Made by a program: the position numbers and the translations under genes. Source: an uncultured bacterium (GTDB taxonomy: Bacteria; Oederibacteriota; PGYV01; CAWJRG01). Taken from it: a DNA stretch of 64,000 bases. The first letter of the stretch is position 1; every line of letters starts with the position of its first letter. The stretch covers positions 800,001 to 864,000 of the forward strand of contig CAWJRG010000009.1 of assembly GCA_963845185.1 (NCBI GenBank), in the 5' to 3' direction. Shown in pieces: positions 33,139 to 42,881 of this stretch. The notes below the pieces were generated by a model. That model worked only from the letters and a program-made list of their open reading frames with translations. It made no database searches and was not told the DNA's origin.

Positions 33139-34455
33139 TTAAAAATTAGCCTGCGTCCAGGTGGTCTTGTTGGCTTGACCACCGTCGCCAAGCTGGCCAT
33201 AATTATTATACCCGGTTGCCCATAACGTGCCGTCAGTCTTTAATGCAAAACTATCCCAGTATCCTGCTGCTATGGCGCTTACTCCTGTTAAAACCTCCAC
33301 ATATATACTGACATTGCTATATGTCCCGTTGCCAAGCTGGCCATTATTATTATACCCCGTTGCCCATAATGTGCCGTCAGTCTTTAATGCCAGGCTGCAA
33401 TCATATCCTGCGGCAATGGCGCTTACTCCTGTCAAAACCTGCACATATGTACTGACACTGTTATATGTCCCATTGCCAAGCTGGCCTTGAGTATTATACC
33501 CGGCTGCCCATAATGTGCCGTCAGTCTTTAATACCAGGCTATGTTCATATCCTGCCGACACGGCGCTTACTCCTGCCAACACCTGTTCAAATTTACCTAC
33601 GGGATTAAGAGTCCCATTGCCAAACTGACCGTCATTATTAATCCCGTCTGCCCATAATGTCCCGTCAGTCTTTATAGCAAAACCAAAATAATTTTCTCTC
33701 GATGCCGCTATGTCGCTTACTCCTGCCAGCACCTGCTCAAATGTATCTCTGTTATTGGAAGTCCCGTCGCCAAGCTGGTCATCACCATTACCCCCTGTTG
33801 CCCATAATGTCCCGTCAGTCTTTATAATAAAACTGTCTCCCAATCCTCCAGTAATGTCGCTTACTCCTGCTACTACCGTCACCTGCTCAAATGAATACGA
33901 ACTGGTAGTATTCCCATTGCCATACTCGCCGACCTGATTTAACCCCGTTGCCCACAAACTGCCGTCACTTTTTAAAGCCAGGCTATGATAATCTCCTGCC
34001 GATATTTTTATAACAACAACAGGGGTATTTGTCTCTGTTACAGTTACAGTTGATGTCGGCGTGATTGTTGCTGTATTAACATGAGTGTCTGTCAGTGTTG
34101 CTGTAGGCGTTATTGTAGCCGTGATTGTGGCTGTATCAAGTGGAGTGTCTGTCGCCGAAATTACAATCGTGTTTGTTGCCGTATTAAGCAGGGTATTTGT
34201 TGCTGTTATTACAGGCGTATTTGTTGCCGTGTTAAGTAAAGTTTCTGTCGATGTCATAACTGCTGTCTTTGTAGCCGTATTAAGAGGCGTATTTGTCGCA
34301 GTCCGTATTGCCGTGCCCGTGGCCGTCAAAGCCGCCGTGTTCACCGGTGCTGCGGCAGGAGGAGCAGTCGGCGACTTTACGCTTCTGCACCCGTTTAATG
34401 CCAAGACAAAAATAATTAATCCTGTAATAACCGTCAATGCAATCCTGTTTTTCAT
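33139..34455 (-). CDS. Lipoprotein with Thr-rich linker and RCC1/BLIP-II repeats
   Basis: Lipobox LNGC; repeats AIAAGY.HSLALKTDGTLWATGYN..GQLG.G. Confidence 0.88.
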   Translation of the reverse strand: MKNRIALTVITGLIIFVLALNGCRSVKSPTAPPAAAPVNTAALTATGTAIRTATNTPLNTATKTAVMTSTETLLNTATNTPVITATNTLLNTATNTIVISATDTPLDTATITATITPTATLTDTHVNTATITPTSTVTVTETNTPVVVIKISAGDYHSLALKSDGSLWATGLNQVGEYGNGNTTSSYSFEQVTVVAGVSDITGGLGDSFIIKTDGTLWATGGNGDDQLGDGTSNNRDTFEQVLAGVSDIAASRENYFGFAIKTDGTLWADGINNDGQFGNGTLNPVGKFEQVLAGVSAVSAGYEHSLVLKTDGTLWAAGYNTQGQLGNGTYNSVSTYVQVLTGVSAIAAGYDCSLALKTDGTLWATGYNNNGQLGNGTYSNVSIYVEVLTGVSAIAAGYWDSFALKTDGTLWATGYNNYGQLGDGGQANKTTWTQANF

Positions 34456-34456
34456 A

Positions 34457-35434
34457 TTAAAATGCCTCCTTTGCAAATATCATGACGCCGTTACCGGATA
34501 CATTAATCCCGGCTTTTATGTCCGTAGGATACACCCAGTGCAGGTAGAAATAATCCGCCGCGGTATAGGCAAGCGCCGCGCCTGCCAGGCACGTGCCTAT
34601 GACAAGCGGTATTTTCTTGTCGTCCACTGTCTTTTTCATGGAAAGCAGCTGGTTATAGTTTGTGCCTTCGGCGTTGTTCAGCATGCTGTAACTTTTGTTG
34701 TAGTTATCCGCGGTTGTCCACTGGTCATTAACCGAATATGCCGCATAAGCAACCAGGGCAACATCAAGCGCGTCCAGGCCTATGCAACCCCAGCATATTC
34801 CCAGTTCCTTGCGCGCTTCTGCTTTTGGCTCTTCTTTTTTTTGTTCTGTTTCTCCGATTATGATTTTTTGTTCCATGGTTTTGCCTATAATTACCATTTC
34901 TATCCTTCTGTTCTTGCTTCTTCCTTCTTCCGTTGAGTTGTCGCTGATGAAATTGACTGGCCCGAGCCCCCTGATAGCCACATCCTTTTCATTCAAACCC
35001 TTGCCCTTGTATTTATCAAGTACATACGCCATGACCGAATCAGCCCTTTTTTCAGCCAATTTTATATTGTACTCTTGTGTGCCTTCGATGTCGGTATAGC
35101 CGTCTATTTTTATGAAAGGCTTTTCATTTTTATCAAGGAAATCCCCTATAATCTTTATTGCTTCATCCAGTTTCGCGTAAGACTCTTCAGGTATTTCAGC
35201 GCTGTTTTTCGCGAATGTCAGCCCGTAAAAGTTCAATACTTTTTCTTTTGCAGCGCCCTGTGCCGTTGCAGTAATGCCCTGGGCCGTTGTGGTAGTGCCC
35301 TGGGCAGTTATGGTATTATCCCGGGCTGTTGCAGTAATCCCGGAAGCCTGCGCAGCAGGCAAAACATCCCCGGCAAAAGCATAAGCAGAAAATACAGACA
35401 GGATGATGAACAAAGCAAATTTTTTCCCTCTCAT
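34457..35434 (-). CDS. OmpA-like domain protein (cassette copy B)
   Basis: Paralog of 29840-30835 over its full length. Confidence 0.85.
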   Translation of the reverse strand: MRGKKFALFIILSVFSAYAFAGDVLPAAQASGITATARDNTITAQGTTTTAQGITATAQGAAKEKVLNFYGLTFAKNSAEIPEESYAKLDEAIKIIGDFLDKNEKPFIKIDGYTDIEGTQEYNIKLAEKRADSVMAYVLDKYKGKGLNEKDVAIRGLGPVNFISDNSTEEGRSKNRRIEMVIIGKTMEQKIIIGETEQKKEEPKAEARKELGICWGCIGLDALDVALVAYAAYSVNDQWTTADNYNKSYSMLNNAEGTNYNQLLSMKKTVDDKKIPLVIGTCLAGAALAYTAADYFYLHWVYPTDIKAGINVSGNGVMIFAKEAF

Positions 35435-35454
35435 GGAGACCTCCTATTTTTTGC

Positions 35455-35558
35455 ACACCGCTTTATAGCGTTTGTTTTGTCAAGCTTAATAGCGTAGACA
35501 AAACATTACGCCATAAAGTACCCGCTCAAGTCTCGAGCTTGAAAGAGACAAGAGGTGT
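35455..35558 (-). ncRNA. Candidate structured 5' leader (copy B)
   Basis: Same predicted fold as 30856-30959; differences are in loops or G-U compatible. Confidence 0.45.
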
Positions 35559-35586
35559 TGATAATTTTTCCAAATTCTTAACTGCA

Positions 35587-35615
35587 ATTATATCTTTGCT
35601 TTATGGCTTTGTCAA
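35587..35615 (-). promoter_or_regulatory. Consensus sigma70 promoter of OmpA cassette B
   Basis: TTGACA-17 nt-TATAAT. Confidence 0.85.
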
Positions 35616-35652
35616 TTGCAGAAGGCGTAAATTTAATTGAAAATTGCCTTCG

Positions 35653-36342
35653 TTACCATATATATGGAATAATCTTATACCTGGTTTTATTGGTATATTC
35701 ACGGTATCCGGTCAGTTCATTTATCAATGTCCTGTCTTCCAGATATGTCCTTACCAGTAAAAACAGGATTGAAATAAATACCGGGATTATGCTCCAAAGA
35801 GAGCCAAAGAGCAGCGGAAATCCTATGTCCTGAATTAGATTGCCCAGATATGCCGGATGCCGGACAGCTTTATATAGCCCTGTATGCACAACTGTGTGCC
35901 CCCTGTCTGTTTGAATACGCACAAGGCTTGAAAAAAACTTATTTTGTTGTTGCGCTATTATAAATAAAAGCTGCCCGGCAACTGTAAGGACTAAACCCGC
36001 GAGATAAAAACTCCAATGAAAGTCAGGTGACCATTTAAAGCGTCCGGAATCAAGCCCGGCTGTAATATACATGATAATCAGCACCACCGCAGATATTGCT
36101 ACTATTTGTTTATCCCACTTTTTAACCCCTTGTCCGGGTTTTGAGCGCTCGTCCATGAGTTCAGGATCAGTGCGCAATAAAGATAAGCCTATCACCGTCA
36201 TCAAAACACCTGCCGCCGCGTACACCCATCCCTGCCAGTAATTTATCCGGCCTGCGCTGATGAATATTATTAAATAAAATACAAGCGTGCCTATAAATTG
36301 CTTGATAAAAAGTTGGCTTATTTTCATTGATTGCGCCCTCAT
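35653..36342 (-). CDS. Isoprenylcysteine carboxyl methyltransferase family membrane protein
   Basis: NKFFSSLVRIQTDRGHTVV.TGLY..VRHPAY, EDRTL..EL.GY.EY. Confidence 0.85.
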   Translation of the reverse strand: MRAQSMKISQLFIKQFIGTLVFYLIIFISAGRINYWQGWVYAAAGVLMTVIGLSLLRTDPELMDERSKPGQGVKKWDKQIVAISAVVLIIMYITAGLDSGRFKWSPDFHWSFYLAGLVLTVAGQLLFIIAQQQNKFFSSLVRIQTDRGHTVVHTGLYKAVRHPAYLGNLIQDIGFPLLFGSLWSIIPVFISILFLLVRTYLEDRTLINELTGYREYTNKTRYKIIPYIW

Positions 36343-36405
36343 TATTTTTAATTGTCAGCTCTCAATTGCCAGCCTTCAATGGAATTTCATTCATTAATAG
36401 TCTTT

Positions 36406-36954
36406 TTACTTCTTTTCCAGCAGCATTGAGAAGCTGAATACTGCCTTTGTTCCCGCAGACGCGCTAAAACCTGCTTTTACTGCCGATACTTTTTCCGCTT
36501 CAAAATCCTTTTTGGAAACATGCAGCAACGGCTCTATCACGAGCAATTTGCCGCCAAGCTTAAGCGCAAAATATATTTCGCTGAAAAATTTATCAGTATC
36601 AGGCACTTCATGCACCATGTAAAAAGCGAGCGCTGCGTCGAGACCCGGCACCAAGTTCAGGGTATCCTTTTCTGCTTTTATAAACGTGACGTTCTTGTTT
36701 TTGCAGTGTTTCTCCACTCTTTTTTTCGCCTTATCCAGCATTTCCTGCTGCAAGTCGACTGCGTATACTTTTCCAGAGGCTCCAGCTGCGTCTGACATCG
36801 CGGTAGTAAAAAAACCAGGTCCGCATCCGATATCTGCCACGGCCTTGCCTTCGCCTGCGAGGCTAACGAGTATTTTCTTCGGGTTATGTACAAGCCCGCG
36901 AAAAAACAAAAGCCCCCAGCTCCACGAAGCCGGGCATACGAATTTTTCATCCAT
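36406..36954 (-). CDS. Class I SAM-dependent methyltransferase
   Basis: VADIGCGPGFFT, VYAVDLQ, AFYMVHEVPD. Confidence 0.85.
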   Translation of the reverse strand: MDEKFVCPASWSWGLLFFRGLVHNPKKILVSLAGEGKAVADIGCGPGFFTTAMSDAAGASGKVYAVDLQQEMLDKAKKRVEKHCKNKNVTFIKAEKDTLNLVPGLDAALAFYMVHEVPDTDKFFSEIYFALKLGGKLLVIEPLLHVSKKDFEAEKVSAVKAGFSASAGTKAVFSFSMLLEKK

Positions 36955-37013
36955 TTTATCCTCCACATCCATTCAGTAATTTGGATTTGGGATTCGAATA
37001 CCCAAAGCCATAC

Positions 37014-37424
37014 CTAAATTTTAAAACGGTCAATTATCCCAAATGTTTTCGCATGATATTCCGAAATTTCGAATGAAATCCCGGGCGTCTTGTTTATATT
37101 CATGCGGATTTTGTCTTGCCTTCTTTCAGCCGATATGTCCGACCACGGTATGAACAACGGCGGGTGAAACGGCCTGGACAGGAAATGCATGTGCACATGC
37201 AACCCATCGCTATCGGCCGTGCCGTAAACAAAGCCGTTGTAACTGAAGAAACGCATTCCTATTGTGGTAATCCGTATCGGCTTGTTTTCGCGTTTCTTGT
37301 CCGGCGGAGTCCTGTAAAGTTCAGTTAGCGTCTTCCACCCTCCGACTGTCGAGCTGACAAACATCGCGATAGGATAAAGAAGGATAACAAGGAAAAAAGA
37401 ATATCTTGCCCAAAAATCATGCAT
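37014..37424 (-). CDS. Hypothetical membrane-anchored protein (copy 1)
   Basis: N-terminal TM segment, HPPLFIPW motif; near-identical to 41402-41815. Confidence 0.75.
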   Translation of the reverse strand: MHDFWARYSFFLVILLYPIAMFVSSTVGGWKTLTELYRTPPDKKRENKPIRITTIGMRFFSYNGFVYGTADSDGLHVHMHFLSRPFHPPLFIPWSDISAERRQDKIRMNINKTPGISFEISEYHAKTFGIIDRFKI

Positions 37425-37491
37425 AGTAGTGCCTCCCTTGATTTCAATTTTTAATTAAAAAAAGGCCAAAAAGGCGCAAAGTAATTCCTCC

Positions 37492-38373
37492 CTATTGGTA
37501 AATCCCAAACGGCCATGGATTGGCCATCTCCTTTTGAATGTTTATATTACCAGTGCCTGCTTCATACTTTATTAAACCATAATCCTGTTCTGTCAGGTTT
37601 GTGCCTCCCATAGGGTCAAAATAAACAACATACTGCGTCGGCCTGCCGTTTGCATCGTAAGCATAGGTATCATACTGCTGTTCTGTCAGGTTGGTGCCGC
37701 CTGTCGGATCGTAATAATCAACATACTGCGTCAGCCTGTTGTTTGTGTCATAGGTATAGGTGGAATATTCCATTTCCGTAAAATTGCAGCCGGTGCAGGT
37801 GGTATAATAATAAGAATCCTGCGTCATGCTGTTATTTGTATTATAAGTATAGGTATCGTAATTCAGTTTTGTGCCGGAGGGATAATTATAATTGGTTTTT
37901 TGCGCAATATTGTTGTTTACATCATAAGTATAGGTAATATACCCGGTTTCTACGAAGTTGCCGGATATGTAAGAATAACGGGTAACCTGCGTCAGCCTGT
38001 TGCTTGTGTCGTATGTATAGGTATCATACCCCTGCTCTGTAAGGATGCCGCTGAATGTCGGGTCAGAATAATAAATGCGCTGCGTCATCCTGTTGCTTGT
38101 GTCGTATGTAAAGATCGAATAATCAAATTTCGTGAGTGCAGCTGTCGTTGTATTGGGCAAATAATAATCCAATTCTGTCAATAAATTGCTGCTGTTGTAG
38201 CTGTAAACCGTAGAGTAGATTTTTGTGTTTGTAGTGTCGTAACCGTCCTCTTCTGATATTCTTGATACTCCCGTGTTTGTAGACGGGCAAACAGGATGCG
38301 GCAGTTTCCTGCACGAGAAAAAAACAATAATAATAATCGTTGTAATCAAAATCAAACCTAATATTTTTTTCAT
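37492..38373 (-). CDS. Lipoprotein with YD-like repeats
   Basis: Lipobox FFSC; repeats Y.TYTYDT.NRLTQ. Confidence 0.75.
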   Translation of the reverse strand: MKKILGLILITTIIIIVFFSCRKLPHPVCPSTNTGVSRISEEDGYDTTNTKIYSTVYSYNSSNLLTELDYYLPNTTTAALTKFDYSIFTYDTSNRMTQRIYYSDPTFSGILTEQGYDTYTYDTSNRLTQVTRYSYISGNFVETGYITYTYDVNNNIAQKTNYNYPSGTKLNYDTYTYNTNNSMTQDSYYYTTCTGCNFTEMEYSTYTYDTNNRLTQYVDYYDPTGGTNLTEQQYDTYAYDANGRPTQYVVYFDPMGGTNLTEQDYGLIKYEAGTGNINIQKEMANPWPFGIYQ

Positions 38374-38470
38374 GTCTGTCTCCGTTTTTAAATAATTTTC
38401 AATTTTCAATGAAAAACAAAATTTTTTCTTTTCTTTCAATTGAAAACTGATAATTCTTAATTAGTATTTA

Positions 38471-39169
38471 TTAAATTAATTCTTTTCTATCTTTAAACAA
38501 TAAACCTAAATCTTTTTCATAAACGCGAAAACCAGTTCCATGGTTTCTAACAGAACCATTAGGCTTTAAATACATTCTTATATCTACAAAAGCAGATTTA
38601 TTTATAATGGCATCTATAAAATTATCATCCGAAGGATTTTTAAGTAGGTATGCTTTATTATAAAAAAATTCCTCAACGCCGGCCTTATTTTTTTTCACAT
38701 CTGCACAAACAACGATTAACTGGCTCATTTTTGACAAAAATTTTGCGACAATAAAGCTTATTTTCCAATTACCTATAAGTATATTTTTCCTGTCTTTAAG
38801 TTGAAGGTTTCCTTTATTATCTACATCTAATAACAAACCTTGCTTATTAGGTTTTCTATATGAAACTGTAACATACAAACAATGCCGTTTATTTTCATCA
38901 AAATAACCATATTTAGAAATAGCGTCTTTCGGATGAATCTGCCATACGGATTTATTAAAAGTAAAAAGTGTAATAAGGGATGATGAATTCTCTCTCATTG
39001 ATTTTAACTCTATCCTACCGCCAAGGTCAGGAACAGCTATATTGGTTTCTTTAAGATTCAATTCAGATTCAAAAGTATAGCCGATGCCGGTAGGACCTCT
39101 TCTTTTAGAAGGTATAAATCCTTTATCTTTCAAATTTTTTAATCTTTTTTTTAGTTCTACAAGGGTCAT
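38471..39169 (-). CDS. MvaI/BcnI-family type II restriction endonuclease
   Basis: GIGYTFE, ETN...PD, IELKS.R...LITLF, RNHGTGFR, consistent with the MvaI/BcnI PD-(D/E)xK family; adjacent to an m4C MTase. Confidence 0.8.
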   Translation of the reverse strand: MTLVELKKRLKNLKDKGFIPSKRRGPTGIGYTFESELNLKETNIAVPDLGGRIELKSMRENSSSLITLFTFNKSVWQIHPKDAISKYGYFDENKRHCLYVTVSYRKPNKQGLLLDVDNKGNLQLKDRKNILIGNWKISFIVAKFLSKMSQLIVVCADVKKNKAGVEEFFYNKAYLLKNPSDDNFIDAIINKSAFVDIRMYLKPNGSVRNHGTGFRVYEKDLGLLFKDRKELI

Positions 39170-39187
39170 TTCCTCTCCTTTTGGACT

Positions 39188-41080
39188 TTATTTGGGCTTT
39201 TTTAAAATCACTATACTTTCCTTTAACATGGTATCCTCTTTTTGTCCAGCAATATTTGTAGGTGAAGTTTTTAAAGGCATCCTTTTGCCTGGAATATTCC
39301 TTACAAATATATCCTCGCAGCTAAAGCCTATATTTTCGCAAAGTTCCGCTATAATAAAATCAGTTGGAATCCTTACCTGCTTAACAAGGCGGTTTCCAAT
39401 TACAATGCAAAAATATTTATTTACTTTAAGTATTTTATATGCATGCTTAAAACACTTTTCTAAATCAATATAAAAACTTAAAACTTCCCTAGCGCGTTTT
39501 TCATCTTTATTTAATATTTCTTTTAAAATCAAGTCTAAATATTTTGAATTAAGGACATTTTTAAATTCCTTAACTGCTTTTCCGCCGAGCAACTCGTTGT
39601 CCACATTGGAAGCTGTATTTGGGTCTTCAAAAATATCTATCCATTGACTTGATAATCTTGAAAACTGCCCATATGCCACGGTCGTCCTGCTGTCTCCGTA
39701 GGGAGGAGAAGTAATAATACAGTCAATTGAATTTTCCTTTATGCTATTGTCTTTTGAAGAGTCTCCATGTATTATTTTTGCCCAAGTATTTTTATCCACA
39801 TTTTTGTAAAATTCTTCCATTCCCAATATATTTGTTTCAACTTTTTTCTTAAAAATATTAATTACATCCGGATTATAATCTTTTAATTTTTCTTTAGATA
39901 TCTTTACAAGTTTGAATTCTCCGCTTTTTGTGTTGGATACATTCCTTACTATCTCGCTGAAGGCAACCATGAAAAATTTTCTGATATTTCCTTGTTCTAT
40001 TTCATTGATGGCTTTTTTAATTTTAGCTAATTTTAAAATCACGTTTTCTTTAAACCAAAAATCAAGATTAAAAAAATTTGGTTTAGTGATATTTTTATTG
40101 TTAATCTTTTCAATTCTATTAATCAAATTAAAATATTTTTTACTTAATATTGCAGGGTTTATTTCCGTTGCTTTTACTTTCGCTAAAAAAACAGCCAACG
40201 GATTCAAATCAATCCCATAAGCGTTTCTTCCCAACAATCTGCTTTCTACCAAAGCCGTACCCGAACCGCAAAAAATATCGCAAATAGTGTCACCTTTTTT
40301 ACTATAGTTTTGCAACAGCCTTCTTGCTACTTGCGGAATAAACATCGCCGGGTATGTATGCAATCCATGCGTATATGATTTCGTCTTTTCTCCCGAATAA
40401 TCCCATGAATAATCAATCCGCCTCTTATATTTACTTTTGAATGAAGAGCTTTTTTCGGTTTTTTGTTCTAAATTGCGTATTATTTTAACAACAATACCTC
40501 TTATTTCAATTTCTTTTGGATATATTGGGAAAAGTAAAGGATTTGCCGGTTGTAATCTTATTCTATCTTTTTCGCGGTAAATTTTTTTTAAAGTTGCTTT
40601 GTCCTCACCAATGATAGCTACAACAGATTGTCCATTTTCCGCGGTCTCCTGCTTGCGTATTACAACTATATCGCTATCGAAAATCCCCTCATCTATCATG
40701 CTATTGCCCTGCACCCGCAAAGCGAAATATTTCCCTGCTTTACCCAACTCATCTTTCGGAATCGAGATCGTTTCTTGAGAGTTTTCGATTGCGTCAATAG
40801 GTTCACCGGCAGCTATAGTACCCAAAAGAGGAACATCTACTATATCCTTCCCTTTTTGGGAATTTTTGACAATTTCAATACCTCTTGAAATATGGGAATG
40901 TTTTTTTATATAACCCTTTTTTTCTATTGCCATCAGATGGTCTTTAACTGCTGTTGGGGATTTAAAAGAAAATTTCTTACAAATTTCCGAGATGGTAGGA
41001 GGAAATCCATTAATATGGATGTTTCGAACAATGAAATCTAATATTTCTTTTTGTCTTTTTGTTAAAACATTATTTTTCAT
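39188..41080 (-). CDS. LexA repressor fused to an N4-cytosine-type DNA methyltransferase
   Basis: aa 1-205 LexA (LTKRQKEIL, PPTISEI, IAAGEP cleavage site, GNSM Ser, ATLKK Lys); then HTYPAMFIP, DIFCGSGT (motif I), ITSPPY (motif IV); single continuous ORF. Confidence 0.88.
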   Translation of the reverse strand: MKNNVLTKRQKEILDFIVRNIHINGFPPTISEICKKFSFKSPTAVKDHLMAIEKKGYIKKHSHISRGIEIVKNSQKGKDIVDVPLLGTIAAGEPIDAIENSQETISIPKDELGKAGKYFALRVQGNSMIDEGIFDSDIVVIRKQETAENGQSVVAIIGEDKATLKKIYREKDRIRLQPANPLLFPIYPKEIEIRGIVVKIIRNLEQKTEKSSSFKSKYKRRIDYSWDYSGEKTKSYTHGLHTYPAMFIPQVARRLLQNYSKKGDTICDIFCGSGTALVESRLLGRNAYGIDLNPLAVFLAKVKATEINPAILSKKYFNLINRIEKINNKNITKPNFFNLDFWFKENVILKLAKIKKAINEIEQGNIRKFFMVAFSEIVRNVSNTKSGEFKLVKISKEKLKDYNPDVINIFKKKVETNILGMEEFYKNVDKNTWAKIIHGDSSKDNSIKENSIDCIITSPPYGDSRTTVAYGQFSRLSSQWIDIFEDPNTASNVDNELLGGKAVKEFKNVLNSKYLDLILKEILNKDEKRAREVLSFYIDLEKCFKHAYKILKVNKYFCIVIGNRLVKQVRIPTDFIIAELCENIGFSCEDIFVRNIPGKRMPLKTSPTNIAGQKEDTMLKESIVILKKPK

Positions 41081-41107
41081 TTAATCAAGCCTCGTTCAAT
41101 TTTTTTG

Positions 41108-41136
41108 ATTATACTGTATAAAAATACAGTTGTCAA
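41108..41136 (-). promoter_or_regulatory. Consensus promoter with a CTGT-N8-ACAG (SOS-box-like) operator in its spacer
   Basis: Minus strand TTGACA-ACTGTATTTTTATACAG-TATAAT; palindrome at 41114-41129. Confidence 0.85.
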
Positions 41137-41229
41137 GGTAATTTAATTTCCCAGTTGTTTTTCTCTTTCCTTTAAACATCAAAATTTCGTTTTTTAATTT
41201 TTAAGATTTAATATGGTAACCGAGGTGTT

Positions 41230-41387
41230 ATAGATATATTTCAGCCCAGCACGTCGGATAAAAGCGGGTTTATGAAGGAATATTTCGTGGATTCCTAGTT
41301 ATAGGCAGAGGCCTTGCCTGCTTCAAGCTCCGCCTTAAAGCGCGAAACGAGTTTTATGAGGTTTTGTTTTGCCTGTTGTTTGTCCAT
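41230..41387 (-). pseudogene. Relic of an HsdR_N-like / type IIG restriction enzyme N-terminus
   Basis: MDKQQAKQNLIKLVSRFKAELEAGKASAYN*ESTKYSFINPLLSDVLG*NIS; two in-frame stops at expected E and W positions. Confidence 0.55.
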
Positions 41388-41401
41388 ATAACCACCCTAT
41401 T

Positions 41402-41815
41402 TTAAATTTTAAATCTGTCAATTATCCCGAATGTTTTCGCATGGCTTTCCGAAATTTCAAATGAAATCCCGGGTGTCTTGTTTATATTCATGCGGATTTT
41501 ATCTTCCCTTCTTTCAGCCGATATGTCCGGCCACGGTATGAACAACGGCGGGTGAAACGGCCTGGATAAAAAATGCATGTGTACATGCAGTCCGTCGCTG
41601 TCTGCCGTGCCGTAAACAAAGCCATTGTAACTGAAGAAACGCATTCCTATTGTGGTAATCCGTATCGGCTTGTTTTCGCGTTTCTTGTCCGGCGGTGTCC
41701 TGTAAAGTTCAGTTAGCGTCTTCCACCCTCCCACTGTCGAGCTTACAAACATCGCGATGGGATAAAGAAGGATAACAAGGAAAAAAGAATATCTCGCCCA
41801 TAAATCATGCATCAT
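41402..41815 (-). CDS. Hypothetical membrane-anchored protein (copy 2)
   Basis: Differs from 37014-37424 at only a few residues. Confidence 0.75.
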   Translation of the reverse strand: MMHDLWARYSFFLVILLYPIAMFVSSTVGGWKTLTELYRTPPDKKRENKPIRITTIGMRFFSYNGFVYGTADSDGLHVHMHFLSRPFHPPLFIPWPDISAERREDKIRMNINKTPGISFEISESHAKTFGIIDRFKI

Positions 41816-41878
41816 ATTTACCTGTCTTTCATTTAAGAATTTGGAATTTCATGCATTCAAAATACATTGATAATTATC

Positions 41879-42874
41879 TTAATACGTCTTCGCAAAGCGG
41901 AAACCGGCATTGATGACCGCGCTATACGCGGAGTTGTTAGCGCGGTCGCCCACCTGCAGGAGGTACGCTACATAAAAGGCAGTGTTGAAGCTCCCGCCCC
42001 GCATCACACGGAGGGAGCCGCTTGCCGGCCCTGTGTAATTAATTTGTGCTGTAGTGGGATATGTCCCAAACCAGTCCCAGCACAATTCCCACGCATCACC
42101 CGACATATCATATATTCCAAGCGCGTTCGCGGCTAACGTGCCTACAGCCTGCGTACTAAAGCAATTTGAACTAAACCACGCTACAACCTCGGTTGCAGGT
42201 ATGTCGCTGACAGTATCTGTCGCGCCGCTGGCATAGTCATAAGGCGTCCAGTTTGTCCCGTCTATATAGCTTGCCGCGTACTGGTGTTCACCTTCTGTAG
42301 GAAGCCTGTATCCATCTGCGTTCCAGTTTACATACGGGTTATCATAACACCCTGCTGCCGTACAGGTAGTAGTGCCATACGCCCCGTTTACAGAACTATT
42401 AATAGCCGTGGTAAGCCCCGAGTCTGAATAATACACAGGGGTCAACCCTGTTTCCCGGCTGAATGCATTACACCACACAATAGCGTCGCGCCAGTTGACA
42501 GTTGTTACCGGCTGATATTCCGCAGAGGTCGGCGCGGCACCCGCCGTCCCATTGGAACCCTCTGCGCCTGCATTTTGAAAAGTATATCCGTTGGCAACGG
42601 CCCATTGATATACTGTATACCATAAATAATACGGCACCTTATACTTGCCCATCTTAAAAGCAGATATTGTGTGGCTGAAACTATTTGTTCCGTCGGTCTG
42701 CGTAAATGTCCCTCCCGGAACCGATACAAGATCCGTATAAAAAGCAATAGGCGTTGGTGCTGGAACAGCAGGTGTCTGCGTTACTGCAGGCACGGCAGGT
42801 GAATGCAATTTTTTGCAGCTGGCTATAATTAATATTGCGACGAGAATCAATACCAGGATTAAAAATTTTTTCAT
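41879..42874 (-). CDS. FGE-sulfatase (SUMF1) domain lipoprotein
   Basis: PVTTVNWRDA, YRLPTEGE, NALGIYDMSG, RVMRGGSF, GFR; lipobox IASC. Confidence 0.88.
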   Translation of the reverse strand: MKKFLILVLILVAILIIASCKKLHSPAVPAVTQTPAVPAPTPIAFYTDLVSVPGGTFTQTDGTNSFSHTISAFKMGKYKVPYYLWYTVYQWAVANGYTFQNAGAEGSNGTAGAAPTSAEYQPVTTVNWRDAIVWCNAFSRETGLTPVYYSDSGLTTAINSSVNGAYGTTTCTAAGCYDNPYVNWNADGYRLPTEGEHQYAASYIDGTNWTPYDYASGATDTVSDIPATEVVAWFSSNCFSTQAVGTLAANALGIYDMSGDAWELCWDWFGTYPTTAQINYTGPASGSLRVMRGGSFNTAFYVAYLLQVGDRANNSAYSAVINAGFRFAKTY

Positions 42875-42881
42875 AAAATCT

